Source: a virus
Taxonomy: Duplodnaviria > Heunggongvirae > Uroviricota > Caudoviricetes > Crassvirales
Direction: 5' to 3' (one strand)
Virus record (IMG/VR): IMGVR_UViG_3300020050_008479
DNA length: 64,000 bases
Position numbers and translations under genes: made by a program. Below the pieces are notes generated by a model. That model did not search any database. It saw only the letters and a list, made by a program, of their open reading frames with translations, and was not told the origin of the DNA. This document shows, in pieces, positions 10,047 through 20,021 of this stretch (the stretch's first letter is position 1; the number at the start of each line of letters is the position of its first letter).

Positions 10047-12448
10047 TATTTTTTACTTGTTGGTTTATTTGCTTGTTTCTTTTTCACTTCCAACTCTTTA
10101 GCTTTGTGTGCCATCATGTCTTTGTGTTTTGACATGTCGTTATTCATCTGTCCATGTTTTAAATGCATTTCCTCTTGAAACTTATTGTATTCAATATCAT
10201 CATTCTCATCATCTTCAGTTTTAATTAAATCTTGACCTGATTGCTCAATCTTTAATCTGTCTGTCTCAGCTTCAAGCTCTGCTATGTATCTTTTAGTATC
10301 GTCAGTTCTGTTGAATTGTTCAATATCTAATTGATTTCTAACTTCTGCCATTTGCTCATTAGATTGAATTTGCATCTCTTGCATTTTACGAGCCTCTTCA
10401 GATTGTTTCTGCATTGATTCGTTTTTATCATTCTCAGCTTTCTCAATCATTCTTTGAACTTCTCTTATTGAAGGAGAATTGTAAATTTTCATTGCCGTTG
10501 AAAATGAAAGCATTTGATTTTGCAATCCCATTTGGACCATTCCGTCAAGTTTCTGTTGCATCTCGTTAATTGCATCTTCATTTGAAACTTGCAATCCGTA
10601 TTCTTCTTCAGCAAACTCGTCTCCATCAATTTCCATAAGCTTTCTGGTCATATCATCAGCGATGTATGCAAACTTAACTTGATTTCCTTTTGATGCAATC
10701 TTGATTGTCTCTAGAAGTATTTGGAAACATCTTTTTTTACAGTAATCGTGAAGTGTAAATAATTCTTCTGTAATGTGATTAGATTGTGATACAGATCTTT
10801 CTACACCTCCTACAGTTTCTCTATTGTCTACCTGACCCATACGTTGTCTGGATACACCGATTATCTCATCCATTTGTGCTTTAGCAAACTCCATCATTTG
10901 AATGTGAGTCTGAATAAAGTCTCCAACTTTCTGTTCAAGAACTCTGCCGGTTGTATTACCTACGGCTCCTGCAAGTTTTCCTTTAGCCATACCTCTATTA
11001 CCCTCTTTGAAACTATCTACTACAGCAATACCAGACTTACGTGCGAAGTATAACCATTTAGTTACATTCCATCCTTCCGGAATCTTAGCTAAATCTAATT
11101 CTACAATAGAACCTAAGTACTTAGACAAAGCTTCATTTACTCTATACCATGAAATGTCGTATAAGTATTGGAATGGTTTAGATCTTTCCACTAATGAAAC
11201 GGCTCCTTGTTCGTTGGTATTGTAAACTTGTCCAACAATCCCAGATGAGTTATAGCTTGGCTGATTGATTTTATTGTACTGAATCTCTTTAGGTTTGATT
11301 TGCAAGTAGATATTTTTACCAACTTTAACGCCTTTCCACCATTCGTTAACCCAGAACTTCTCAGAAGTCTCTCCTCTTTCTTTATCAAGAATGTAGTCAG
11401 GACTTCTAAATTTAACTTGTTCTTTTCCAAATTCATCAAAGAAAGTTACTTTTAGTATTTCTTTTTTAGATTTCCAGAACATTCTTAAAACTCTTATATT
11501 ACCGTGTCCATCTGTGTATGTGTTCTTAGATGTGTTTGACCAAACTCCACTCATGTCAAGGAAAGAATTAATACTTTCTCTTTGCATCACCTCGTAGTTT
11601 TGCATATCATCGAATGCGTAAGATTCTCCATCTGAATCCTTTCCAGTTCCACCAGTACTTTCTTCGTCAAGCAAATCTATCTCTTTTGATTTTAAATCTT
11701 CGTAGAAGTGATCTTGAACTTTACCCGGGCTCCAGTAATCATCAATTACAATTATATCTGCATCTTCAATTTTATTCGAAGTTCCGGATCTTAATGTATG
11801 TACGTTTAATGGATTAAGTTTCTCGAAAGTTACTTGACCATTTACAATATCAGTCATGTAGATTTCTTCTCCCATGATAAGAGCGTCTTTAAATCCTTGT
11901 TGAAATTTTACTTTCATATCAAGAGATTCTATATGATACCTCATGTACATGTTGGCTCTCTTCTCTCTAACGTCTTGATAGTCATAGTTTATGTAGTCGC
12001 TAAATGCTTTCATGTCTTTCTCTAGTTCCTCTTCAGGCCTAGTAGATTCCAAGTATTCATTTAGTTTTTCTTGAACAAGTTTCATCTTGTCTTTTGAGAT
12101 CATAGCAATTGTATCTGGATTAGTTAAATTAACTGACCAGTCAAACTTACGTCTCTTCTCTTCGCCAATAAGAACATTTATTCTTGGAGTTACGATAGGA
12201 TAATGCTGAATCTTTTCCGGAACAAACATCTTCTCAATGTCTCCAGGATTAAGTATCAACTTCATATCGGCAGGATCTAGAATCCCATTATAGAGATTTA
12301 GATTTATTCGCTTACTTTTTAACCTTGCTCTTATTCGTCCACTATTAATGAAACTGTTGTTGTCTGCAAAGTCTAAATGAGCTTTTCTCCATTTTTTATC
12401 CTTCTTATTGAACGGAAGTTTTTGTTTAGGGAAATTACTTAATGACAT
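10046..12448 (-). CDS. portal protein (putative)
   Basis: 800 aa; position downstream of the terminase-like gene; highly charged coiled-coil C-terminal tail; no enzymatic motifs. Confidence 0.4.
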   Translation of the reverse strand: MSLSNFPKQKLPFNKKDKKWRKAHLDFADNNSFINSGRIRARLKSKRINLNLYNGILDPADMKLILNPGDIEKMFVPEKIQHYPIVTPRINVLIGEEKRRKFDWSVNLTNPDTIAMISKDKMKLVQEKLNEYLESTRPEEELEKDMKAFSDYINYDYQDVREKRANMYMRYHIESLDMKVKFQQGFKDALIMGEEIYMTDIVNGQVTFEKLNPLNVHTLRSGTSNKIEDADIIVIDDYWSPGKVQDHFYEDLKSKEIDLLDEESTGGTGKDSDGESYAFDDMQNYEVMQRESINSFLDMSGVWSNTSKNTYTDGHGNIRVLRMFWKSKKEILKVTFFDEFGKEQVKFRSPDYILDKERGETSEKFWVNEWWKGVKVGKNIYLQIKPKEIQYNKINQPSYNSSGIVGQVYNTNEQGAVSLVERSKPFQYLYDISWYRVNEALSKYLGSIVELDLAKIPEGWNVTKWLYFARKSGIAVVDSFKEGNRGMAKGKLAGAVGNTTGRVLEQKVGDFIQTHIQMMEFAKAQMDEIIGVSRQRMGQVDNRETVGGVERSVSQSNHITEELFTLHDYCKKRCFQILLETIKIASKGNQVKFAYIADDMTRKLMEIDGDEFAEEEYGLQVSNEDAINEMQQKLDGMVQMGLQNQMLSFSTAMKIYNSPSIREVQRMIEKAENDKNESMQKQSEEARKMQEMQIQSNEQMAEVRNQLDIEQFNRTDDTKRYIAELEAETDRLKIEQSGQDLIKTEDDENDDIEYNKFQEEMHLKHGQMNNDMSKHKDMMAHKAKELEVKKKQANKPTSKK

Positions 12449-12516
12449 ATTTTTTTGTTTTAATTTACGAATTTATACTTTTATACCTATTTAGTTCATA
12501 GGAGCTTATGGCTTTT

Positions 12517-14862
12517 TTACATCCATGGCATTTTCTGCTCTTCCATTGTTCCTAATGCTTTGGCCCAGTTAGCATCTAAGAAATCATCTCCAGTCATTGA
12601 ATTAATATGCATGTTAGATTTCTCTTCATACTTATCTACCATTTTTGCTCTATCTTCTCTTAAGATCATCACCATATCCATTGCAGAAACTCTATCCGCA
12701 TTTATGTCAGCATTCCAGGCTATACATTCTTTGATGTATCCAATACTTCTAATTCTTCTTAAGTTCTGAATGAATGTAGTTTGCATATCTCCATTCTCTT
12801 CATCATAAAGTTCAATCTCATATTGAGACATCATCCATTGACGTTGAAGTGTTTTACCTAGTTTTATAACTTCCTTAGTCGTTCTGGTTCCTTTGGCTCT
12901 GTTTCCATGTAAAATAGTTTTTGCTATGTACATATCTTTTAAAATTTCAGGAGTATCAGACAGCAAATGTAATGCATTATGATTAGAAAAGTACGTAAAG
13001 AGTCCTTTTAAATTGCTCTCGTAATTTGCTTCCGCGTTGTAGTAAGAAGTAAGTCTTAAGCAAATCTCATAAAACTCTTCAGCCAATACAGGTCTTGCTG
13101 TGTATTCTGCAACAATTTTATCTGTCCACATATCAAACACGAATATTGAAGCTAATGATCCGTTAACTGTATAATCATTATCAATAGGGTCAATCCCGGC
13201 AATATATCTACCAGAGAATACTTTTCCGTCTCTATCTTTCTGCGGCATATCAAAAATTTCAACAGCTCCATCTGATTTACCACCTTTCACTACGTATGGA
13301 AATTCACGTATTGGTGTTATACTTGGATCTGGCGCCCAAGTAACATTTCCTTTATTATCATAAGATAACTTACCAACCCAATGCTCGTCAACGAAACGGT
13401 CGATATTAGGCATGATATCTTCTAAGTAATCTCTCAAGTCACCTACTGGAAATGCGCTTCCCTCTGTCCTCATAATAGCTTCCTGAGGAGTTATAGGGTG
13501 TTCTGCTTTCTTTTGAACAATTGCATTTGGATCAGAAGCTCCGTATTTAGTTTTAAGCCTATCTTTTACAGTTAGAATTAAAGCTCCAACAACATCGCTA
13601 TTTCCATTCTTATCATACTTTCCTTTAAAGTTCATATAAGTTCCAAAGAAGAATGAGCATCTTCCTCTACCACCTGTATTTTTATCAAACACGTTTGGCA
13701 ATGAATAAATGTTATATCCATCCCCATTGTAGAATATCTCTTCCAAACCATCAAAGGCTGCTCCTTCAGTACCACCGGTTCCGTAAGCATTCATTATTCC
13801 AAAGGCAAATCCATCTTCTTCTACAGAAGGTCTCGCGATTCCCCAAGCAACCAAGAAGTTGTCAAACTTTCCTGCTTCTTCCCATTCAATAAGAGAACCC
13901 CTTTTACCCCTGGCTTTCTCCGGGTCATTCTTTAGAGTAACTCCCATCACTTCGTTAAGAGTTCCAACATCTGTACCAGTTTTAGAATCTTTACGACCCA
14001 TCTTCCAGTGCATATCATTCAATGAATCTTTTAAACTTCTTACTCCAGGGAATCCTGTATGTATCGCGCAGAAATCTGCAATAGCTAAGAATTTGTTTAA
14101 TACACCATCTTTAGTTAAATACTCTTTCTCATTGGCAACAGCGTAAGATTTAATCTTATGTCTAGCTACTTCTGATTCACCTAATATAAAGTTACGAGCC
14201 ATTTTAGATCCGCCTTTAAAGGAGAATCCTGAACCCCTCTTCTTAAGAGTTGCAGTATGTTTACCTGCATTACGCGCTTGTTCTAAGTAATGATAGAATA
14301 AATAATCTCCATCATACACGTTAGGAAATGCTTCCACACGACCGGCACGTTGTGTTCCTTCAACAACCTCTACTTTCAAGATTGGAGAATAGTTCAAGTA
14401 AAAGTAGTAGAATCCTGGGATCCATTCACCATCAGATGGTCTAAAGTGTCCCTCTCTACATCTCCTTGCTTCTTCTTTCCAATACTTAAAGTACTCACTA
14501 TTAGGGTTTCTATTAGGAAATAACCTAGTATAAACTCCATGTTTCTCAAAATGAATAGCTGCTTCTCTGAAGAAATCCATGTCTTCCAAGATGTGAGGAT
14601 TAGTTATGTCTACGACTATTTTACCATTAGGGTCCAGTGTTCTTACTTTTGCTCCAGGAATTACAGCTATTGTTGGAAGCGCCGGGTTATCCCAACGTTC
14701 TAAATCTTTAGCGTATAACCTAGATGGAGAAGATAAATTCTGCAAAAACATAATAGAATCAAGCATTTCGAATAGATCAGCTTCCTCTTCCTTGTTCATG
14801 TGTGACATTAGATCTGCCGTTAAGTCAGTCTGTATCTTGTTAAACTTTCTATAGTTATCCAT
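12517..14862 (-). CDS. terminase large subunit (putative)
   Basis: 781 aa; deviant P-loop-like KKRGSGFSFKGGSK near residue 200; position between a small upstream gene and the portal-like gene. Confidence 0.4.
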   Translation of the reverse strand: MDNYRKFNKIQTDLTADLMSHMNKEEEADLFEMLDSIMFLQNLSSPSRLYAKDLERWDNPALPTIAVIPGAKVRTLDPNGKIVVDITNPHILEDMDFFREAAIHFEKHGVYTRLFPNRNPNSEYFKYWKEEARRCREGHFRPSDGEWIPGFYYFYLNYSPILKVEVVEGTQRAGRVEAFPNVYDGDYLFYHYLEQARNAGKHTATLKKRGSGFSFKGGSKMARNFILGESEVARHKIKSYAVANEKEYLTKDGVLNKFLAIADFCAIHTGFPGVRSLKDSLNDMHWKMGRKDSKTGTDVGTLNEVMGVTLKNDPEKARGKRGSLIEWEEAGKFDNFLVAWGIARPSVEEDGFAFGIMNAYGTGGTEGAAFDGLEEIFYNGDGYNIYSLPNVFDKNTGGRGRCSFFFGTYMNFKGKYDKNGNSDVVGALILTVKDRLKTKYGASDPNAIVQKKAEHPITPQEAIMRTEGSAFPVGDLRDYLEDIMPNIDRFVDEHWVGKLSYDNKGNVTWAPDPSITPIREFPYVVKGGKSDGAVEIFDMPQKDRDGKVFSGRYIAGIDPIDNDYTVNGSLASIFVFDMWTDKIVAEYTARPVLAEEFYEICLRLTSYYNAEANYESNLKGLFTYFSNHNALHLLSDTPEILKDMYIAKTILHGNRAKGTRTTKEVIKLGKTLQRQWMMSQYEIELYDEENGDMQTTFIQNLRRIRSIGYIKECIAWNADINADRVSAMDMVMILREDRAKMVDKYEEKSNMHINSMTGDDFLDANWAKALGTMEEQKMPWM

Positions 14863-14864
14863 AA

Positions 14865-15440
14865 TTATATCCCTTCGTTATCAAACACTCCGCCATTCTT
14901 ACTTCCTGATTGAGCTTTAAGTTCTTTTTCTTTTACAATTTCAAGTTCAATCTCGTTAAGTGCTTTTACTAATTTAGGAACTTTCTCTACTGAAGCTACA
15001 ATCTTTCCTATATCAAATACTGGCTTATTGTTTTTATCTCTTTCATTCACGTCAATGTCGTCAAGAAACTTTGATATCTTTTCTATTACTCCACGCGTGC
15101 TTTTAAGCATTTGTGTAGATGTAGTGGTAGACGCTTCTATATAAAACTCCATCGCCTCGTCAATGTATTGAGGTTTTATCCAGTTAGGATCCATGTTTAA
15201 ATCTCTTATAACAGCTTCCTTTCTTTCTTCTTCATCTAAAATGTACATATAGTCAGATCTGTCGTCTGCCATGTAGAAAACATAAGATAGCTCTTGTACT
15301 GCTTTCTCTTTATCTTTAGACTTATCGTTAAGCCATATCTCTTTAAATGGTCTTAACATTAATGCTTGTGGTGAGAACGTCACCACAAAATTCTTTACTT
15401 CAAAAATATTCATCTTTCTCTCTTTAAAATGTTTTGACAA
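14865..15440 (-). CDS. hypothetical protein (terminase small subunit by position?)
   Basis: 191 aa, acidic; stop overlaps the start of the terminase-like gene. Confidence 0.25.
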   Translation of the reverse strand: MSKHFKERKMNIFEVKNFVVTFSPQALMLRPFKEIWLNDKSKDKEKAVQELSYVFYMADDRSDYMYILDEEERKEAVIRDLNMDPNWIKPQYIDEAMEFYIEASTTTSTQMLKSTRGVIEKISKFLDDIDVNERDKNNKPVFDIGKIVASVEKVPKLVKALNEIELEIVKEKELKAQSGSKNGGVFDNEGI

Positions 15441-15447
15441 ATATACA

Positions 15448-15476
15448 CAAAAAAAGGGACTTTTTCAAGTCCCTTA
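15448..15476 (-). terminator. intrinsic terminator-like hairpin inside the late operon
   Basis: GGGAC-8nt-GTCCC stem; on the minus strand it is followed by a T7-8 run; lies between gene 15479-15697 and the start of gene 14865-15440. Confidence 0.45.
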
Positions 15477-15478
15477 AT

Positions 15479-15697
15479 TTACACAATTTCTTTAGCCACT
15501 TTTGGCTTCCTTACTCTTTTCTTTCGAACTACAGGTTTAACTTCTTCCTCTTCCGGGACGATGTCTTTAGAATTAGCTTTTTCTTCTAATTCTTCTGTTT
15601 TTCTTTCCAGTCGATCAATTGATTTGTTGATTGACCATGTACTGATAATTACTGCTAATACAAATAATGCGTCAAATATTGCTGATACTACTTCCAT
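15479..15697 (-). CDS. small membrane protein
   Basis: 72 aa; N-terminal TM helix (VVSAIFDALFVLAVIISTW) then Lys/Glu-rich tail. Confidence 0.45.
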   Translation of the reverse strand: MEVVSAIFDALFVLAVIISTWSINKSIDRLERKTEELEEKANSKDIVPEEEEVKPVVRKKRVRKPKVAKEIV

Positions 15698-15699
15698 AC

Positions 15700-15912
15700 T
15701 TATTTACTTTTTTTTACTTCTTCGTTCAATTTTAACTCAACTACAATTTCTTTCAGTACATCTTCATCGATTACTGCCAATGCTGATTGAAATTTAACTC
15801 CTTCTGCAATTGCTCCTCTAACCTCGATTGATTGAACTTCATTTAGTTCTAATGCAATCATAATTTTCGCCAATGATTCTAATAAATTTTCTTTCATAAT
15901 ACTATTTTTCAA
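15700..15912 (-). CDS. hypothetical protein
   Basis: 70-aa ORF, tight packing. Confidence 0.4.
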   Translation of the reverse strand: MKNSIMKENLLESLAKIMIALELNEVQSIEVRGAIAEGVKFQSALAVIDEDVLKEIVVELKLNEEVKKSK

Positions 15913-16510
15913 AATTAGTGTTTTTTAATCCTTTTGTGTCTGTGATGTATTCAATTTCTCTCTCTGAGATTTTTATGTATTCGTGTCCGTCAATTTCTAC
16001 AATTGGAACTACGTATTCAAATTCTTTTCTTACTACTGAAGATAAATTCCCTTCTACTTTTCTTTTAAACATTTCGTAGTTGATTTTAACTTCCATTCCT
16101 ACCGCAACTTCTTGAACCTGACGTCCAATTGCCATTACCTTCTGGACAGACTGGTAGTCAATCGACGCGTCTGTTTCTTTCTCGGTACCAAATGATGCTT
16201 GCGGCAACCATAATCCTGAATCTGTCTTTGTCTTATTTCTCCTTGCAGATATAAAAACTTGATTAAACATAGGTCTTGTTGTGTCCTGAATAGGGAAGTC
16301 TTTAATAGAATCCTCGTAAAGAAGTTCTTTGACTTCAGCTTCTGCTTTTGACGTTTCAGTTGCGTCTGAAATTTTAGTATCAATGCCTCTATTGGTTTTA
16401 TCTCTCTCTCCGAAGTATCCCTTGATATCTCCTTGTAGTTCAGCTTGCGCTTTTTGGTGTTTGACATCTTCGTTTACTTTTGCTGTTTTAATCCAAACTT
16501 TTTCGTCCAT
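15902..16510 (-). CDS. hypothetical protein
   Basis: 202-aa ORF. Confidence 0.45.
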   Translation of the reverse strand: MDEKVWIKTAKVNEDVKHQKAQAELQGDIKGYFGERDKTNRGIDTKISDATETSKAEAEVKELLYEDSIKDFPIQDTTRPMFNQVFISARRNKTKTDSGLWLPQASFGTEKETDASIDYQSVQKVMAIGRQVQEVAVGMEVKINYEMFKRKVEGNLSSVVRKEFEYVVPIVEIDGHEYIKISEREIEYITDTKGLKNTNFEK

Positions 16511-16511
16511 C

Positions 16512-16736
16512 TTACTCTTTTAATGTTATTAATTTTACTGTTAGCATTTGTGCATTAACGCAAGCTACTAGACTTGCTTCCTTTAGCATCTTGCTGATTC
16601 TTGTATCTTCCGGAAAAGTTTCAATTAAATCAACTAAGCTTGCGAATGTTTTCTTTACGATATCTACGTCTGGATCTCCTTGAGGATTAAACCTATAGCC
16701 TATTAAGCTTTCTCCGAATGTATCTGTTTTTATCAT
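16512..16736 (-). CDS. hypothetical protein
   Basis: 74-aa ORF. Confidence 0.4.
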   Translation of the reverse strand: MIKTDTFGESLIGYRFNPQGDPDVDIVKKTFASLVDLIETFPEDTRISKMLKEASLVACVNAQMLTVKLITLKE

Positions 16737-16996
16737 TTGATTTTGTTTATTTTTTTATAGGCGTAATATACGGCGCAAAATTTTCCTATGCAAGGAATAT
16801 TAAAATTAGTTTTTAGATTAGAGAACTCTTCTTTTGAGAACTCTTTTTCTGTGAAATTTATCTCTGAAATCTTCTCCCTCATGAATCCATACATGCTGTC
16901 TATAACTTCTTTAGCTTCCTCAATACTTATATTGTGCTTGGCTGCTATCTTTTCAAGTTCTATTTTCTCAGTTTTGTTTACTATCATTGACTTCAA
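16733..16996 (-). CDS. hypothetical protein
   Basis: 87-aa ORF; ATGA stop/start overlap with the neighbouring gene. Confidence 0.4.
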   Translation of the reverse strand: MKSMIVNKTEKIELEKIAAKHNISIEEAKEVIDSMYGFMREKISEINFTEKEFSKEEFSNLKTNFNIPCIGKFCAVYYAYKKINKIK

Positions 16997-17363
16997 AGTT
17001 AAATACCAATTTAAAGTTGTCGGATCCTGGTAAGAAGTTTGGTACTAAAACTTCTGTAATCTTGTTATCTCTCGATATGACACCCTTGTTTCTTAATGCT
17101 GTAAGTAAATTATTAAAAACATAAGTGCTTTTAATATTAAGATCTAGCATTATGCTTTTTCTTACGTCCGGAGAGAATAACAATTTATCTATCAAAGATT
17201 TATTTAGTACCTCTTCAGACAATCTGTGTCTGTAGTAAAGAAACACACTTAATGCTTCAATTTCTTTCTGCCTTAAATTATGATAAGGCTTTAAGAATGT
17301 CAGCCAATAAGTAAACAATTGTTTTACATCGACGTTTATTCTCTTGATATTTATGTTATCCAT
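16968..17363 (-). CDS. hypothetical protein
   Basis: 131-aa ORF. Confidence 0.45.
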   Translation of the reverse strand: MDNINIKRINVDVKQLFTYWLTFLKPYHNLRQKEIEALSVFLYYRHRLSEEVLNKSLIDKLLFSPDVRKSIMLDLNIKSTYVFNNLLTALRNKGVISRDNKITEVLVPNFLPGSDNFKLVFNFEVNDSKQN

Positions 17364-17369
17364 TTTCTC

Positions 17370-17726
17370 TTATTTTTTTTCTAAGAAAGGCTTTCCGTAT
17401 TTAGCTTCATAGAAGTCTTCCCATTCTGTTATATGGGCGCTCTCTACTGAAGTATTCCCACAAGGTATACAATATACCACACTCTTTTCTTTTCCTGTCG
17501 TAAGGTCTAATTTGCCTTCAAACTTTACTTCTTTTAAATGAAGTGATAGACATGTTTTACAATATTCTACCGGGACGTTGTTGTAATCTGATTTCCTTGT
17601 TACCATTTTTTGTTTTGTTTTTAAGTCTTGAATTGTCTCTGTTGAGTAATAAGGAAATGGACACAATAAGTTATAGTCCTCTCTCTTCTTTATTTCTGCT
17701 GCTAAATTAATATCTTTTTTCTTCAT
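17370..17726 (-). CDS. Cys-rich (zinc-ribbon-like) protein
   Basis: 118 aa with CxxC ... CxxC (CKTC ... CIPCGN). Confidence 0.45.
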   Translation of the reverse strand: MKKKDINLAAEIKKREDYNLLCPFPYYSTETIQDLKTKQKMVTRKSDYNNVPVEYCKTCLSLHLKEVKFEGKLDLTTGKEKSVVYCIPCGNTSVESAHITEWEDFYEAKYGKPFLEKK

Positions 17727-17748
17727 TTCCTATTGTTTTTTAATCTTT

Positions 17749-17967
17749 CTACCAATTGCCTTCTGGACATGAGGTATTTATAGCTCTTACCTTTGCTGCC
17801 AATACGCATCCGCATGTTGAACATAACAATCCGTCTTTATTTGATGGACATACGTCACATACTTTTCTTCTTGTAGCAAATAAAACTTCTTCTTCTTCTG
17901 TTGTTAAATTAAGTTTACTTCTCAATATGTTTTTGAATCCGCCTGCAATCTCTTCTATCTTACTCAT
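17749..17967 (-). CDS. small Cys-rich protein
   Basis: 72 aa, CDVCP ... CSTCGC ... SCPEG. Confidence 0.4.
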   Translation of the reverse strand: MSKIEEIAGGFKNILRSKLNLTTEEEEVLFATRRKVCDVCPSNKDGLLCSTCGCVLAAKVRAINTSCPEGNW

Positions 17968-18205
17968 AACTATCTACTGTAATTAACTCTATTAAAATTC
18001 CGCTATCTTTTAGCATAAAAATTATTCCTGACATTGACCTGAATCTTATTGCCGACCGTGTCCTTTCCAGCAATTCAAGTAATAATTCCTGAATACAGGA
18101 GGTAGAGAAAAGAGTAATTGATCTCTCACCGGCGTCAGCCGCAGATTTTATAACACCTTTAAGTTTCTCTTTATAAGAATCACTTGGTAATATTACTACT
18201 TTCAT
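17960..18205 (-). CDS. hypothetical protein
   Basis: 81-aa ORF. Confidence 0.4.
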   Translation of the reverse strand: MKVVILPSDSYKEKLKGVIKSAADAGERSITLFSTSCIQELLLELLERTRSAIRFRSMSGIIFMLKDSGILIELITVDSYE

Positions 18206-18211
18206 CTAGAT

Positions 18212-18484
18212 TTATTTTTTTAATTCTGCTTCAATCATGTCTTGAACTTTATCTACTTCTCTTTGAAGCTCTTCAACTGATATGTGTCCTTTATCTACTC
18301 CGTAGTTTATTCTGTTAAGCAAGATTCTTCTTTCTTCAGCTCCCATGGAGCTAACTCTTAATCTTACTAGTGCGTAATGTTTTATCAATAACTCTTTGTC
18401 CATAGAAAGTATTCTATTCTGAGTAGGAGTGAATACATTGGTCTTCCTTTTTATTGTTTCTGCTCTTTTCTTTAAAAATGCCAT
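18212..18484 (-). CDS. hypothetical protein
   Basis: 90-aa ORF. Confidence 0.4.
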   Translation of the reverse strand: MAFLKKRAETIKRKTNVFTPTQNRILSMDKELLIKHYALVRLRVSSMGAEERRILLNRINYGVDKGHISVEELQREVDKVQDMIEAELKK

Positions 18485-18532
18485 AGCTTACTGTTTTGTT
18501 TCGTCAAAGATAAGAAACTATTTTAAATGACA

Positions 18533-18570
18533 AAGCCTTTATCGTTAAATAAAGGCTTTTATTTTTTAAT
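18533..18570. terminator. 10-bp perfect hairpin with flanking T-run (terminator-like)
   Basis: AAAGCCTTTA-7nt-TAAAGGCTTT followed by TATTTTTTAATTTTT on the plus strand; lies between two minus-strand genes. Confidence 0.35.
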
Positions 18571-18578
18571 TTTTAAGT

Positions 18579-18800
18579 TTAAAACAAGTCAATCCTAGCT
18601 TTCAGTGCTGTAGCATAAGTTTCCATTGCTCTTTGTTGTATGATTAACAAGTTCTTTTGCGTATTCTCTAATTGCTCAAAGAAGGTTGATCCGCCTATAA
18701 ACTTATTTAGATCGTTAAGTTTTACCATTAACTCTTCTCTTTCCGCAATTACTCTCTGCTCATGTGGTAAGTATTCTTTAACCATTTTTTCTTCTTTCAT
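18579..18800 (-). CDS. hypothetical protein
   Basis: 73-aa ORF. Confidence 0.4.
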   Translation of the reverse strand: MKEEKMVKEYLPHEQRVIAEREELMVKLNDLNKFIGGSTFFEQLENTQKNLLIIQQRAMETYATALKARIDLF

Positions 18801-18810
18801 ATTGTTTGTT

Positions 18811-19236
18811 TTAAATTACTCCTCTAGATTCTAACCACTCTTCTACTTTACCCCAATCAACGAATGGTCTGTTCGACACTTCTCTATTGTACTTTAGTGG
18901 ACATCCTAATGCACTGTCATCAATCATTAAATCAGCATAACTCTTCGGAGAATCTGTCCAGTTTTTTTGATCCGGGTTAGATTGAATTCCGTGTAATGGT
19001 ATGTGGTTTTCTTTAAACCAGTTAATAGCGTCGGTTAAATACTGACCTGGAATAGCAATTATTCCTGGATCAGCGGTAGACATGGTTCCGTTTTTGTCTG
19101 ATCTCATTGTGAATAAAATTAATTTATGCCCATTAGCTACTAATCTCTTTAGCACAAATTGCGCTCCTATATTCTTACCTACTTTTGGAAATGCGTGAGT
19201 TACTACAGTTCCATCAAAATCAATGTTTATTGTCAT
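18811..19236 (-). CDS. HAD-superfamily phosphatase (possible 5'(3')-nucleotidase)
   Basis: N-terminal motif I IDFDGTV (DxDGT) plus downstream K and DD motifs typical of haloacid dehalogenase-like hydrolases. Confidence 0.55.
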   Translation of the reverse strand: MTINIDFDGTVVTHAFPKVGKNIGAQFVLKRLVANGHKLILFTMRSDKNGTMSTADPGIIAIPGQYLTDAINWFKENHIPLHGIQSNPDQKNWTDSPKSYADLMIDDSALGCPLKYNREVSNRPFVDWGKVEEWLESRGVI

Positions 19237-19238
19237 AA

Positions 19239-19550
19239 TTACTTTACTATGTATATATTAGTTGGCCTTTTATACTCCTTAACTTCTCCTTCGTGTAGAA
19301 TGTAGTCGTCTGTGTAATCTACATTAGGTTCATTTTCGCATCTACACGCATAATGTATCTGGCATCCTGCTATCACTACATGATTCTCATCAGTACCTAC
19401 TCTTGCATACCAATTTGTGCTTCTTGCGTTAGTCTTAACTCCAAGAATTCTATCGTCTACAATTTTTACTTCTCCCCATACTGACTTATATTGTTTCCCG
19501 TCCGGAGCGTAGAACCAAGCATCAGTTGTTATTAGATATTTTCCAGTCAT
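19239..19550 (-). CDS. hypothetical protein
   Basis: 103-aa ORF. Confidence 0.4.
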   Translation of the reverse strand: MTGKYLITTDAWFYAPDGKQYKSVWGEVKIVDDRILGVKTNARSTNWYARVGTDENHVVIAGCQIHYACRCENEPNVDYTDDYILHEGEVKEYKRPTNIYIVK

Positions 19551-19551
19551 A

Positions 19552-19746
19552 TTATTTATTTTTTATTCCGTTTATGAATTTTTGTAATACTAATTCTATA
19601 AAGATTGTTGATGATTCGTGAGCATTGCCCTCAAACTTTAATGTTTCTCCTTCTATAATGAATTTACCTACTTCTTTTCCATCACTATTGTGAAATGAAA
19701 TTGTTGGCTTAAGGCTTGAATCTTTTAATACTAATTTATCTTTCAT
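19552..19746 (-). CDS. hypothetical protein
   Basis: 64-aa ORF, first gene of the block. Confidence 0.35.
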   Translation of the reverse strand: MKDKLVLKDSSLKPTISFHNSDGKEVGKFIIEGETLKFEGNAHESSTIFIELVLQKFINGIKNK

Positions 19747-19855
19747 GTTCTTTTTATTTAAGTTACAAAGCTAAACTAAAATAGCTTATAAACAAAAAAA
19801 TCCTTAGAATATATTTCTAAGGATTCAAACTACTTCTAGTTTTATCGGATTGAAG

Positions 19856-19939
19856 CAGAGAATAAGAGATTCGAACTCTTGTGCCCTTTCGGACTCATCA
19901 TTAGCAGTGATGTGCATTTGGCCACTCTGCCAACTCTCT
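19856..19939 (-). tRNA. tRNA-Ser (anticodon GCT), type II
   Basis: Hand fold: acceptor AGAGAGT/ATTCTCT; anticodon stem CATCA/TGATG with loop CTGCTAA; long variable arm; T-arm AAGAG-TTCGAAT-CTCTT. Confidence 0.7.
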
Positions 19940-20021
19940 ATAGCTGATTGTGAGAATTACGATATCCCGACCTGATGATTAACAACCAACTGCTCTTCCT
20001 CTGAGCTAACAATCAATATTG

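Noticed and set aside
2454-14854. Numerous 60-95-aa plus-strand ORFs antisense to the structural genes (for example 2908-3195, 3653-3907, 5757-5987, 7590-7799, 11007-11225, 13859-14146, 14606-14854)
   Set aside because: All are antisense to long, well-supported minus-strand genes with no intergenic space; typical shadow ORFs of AT-rich DNA.
16135-16467. 110-aa minus-strand ORF inside gene 15902-16510
   Set aside because: Same strand but alternative frame fully nested in a longer, better ORF; Arg/Lys-rich low-complexity artefact.
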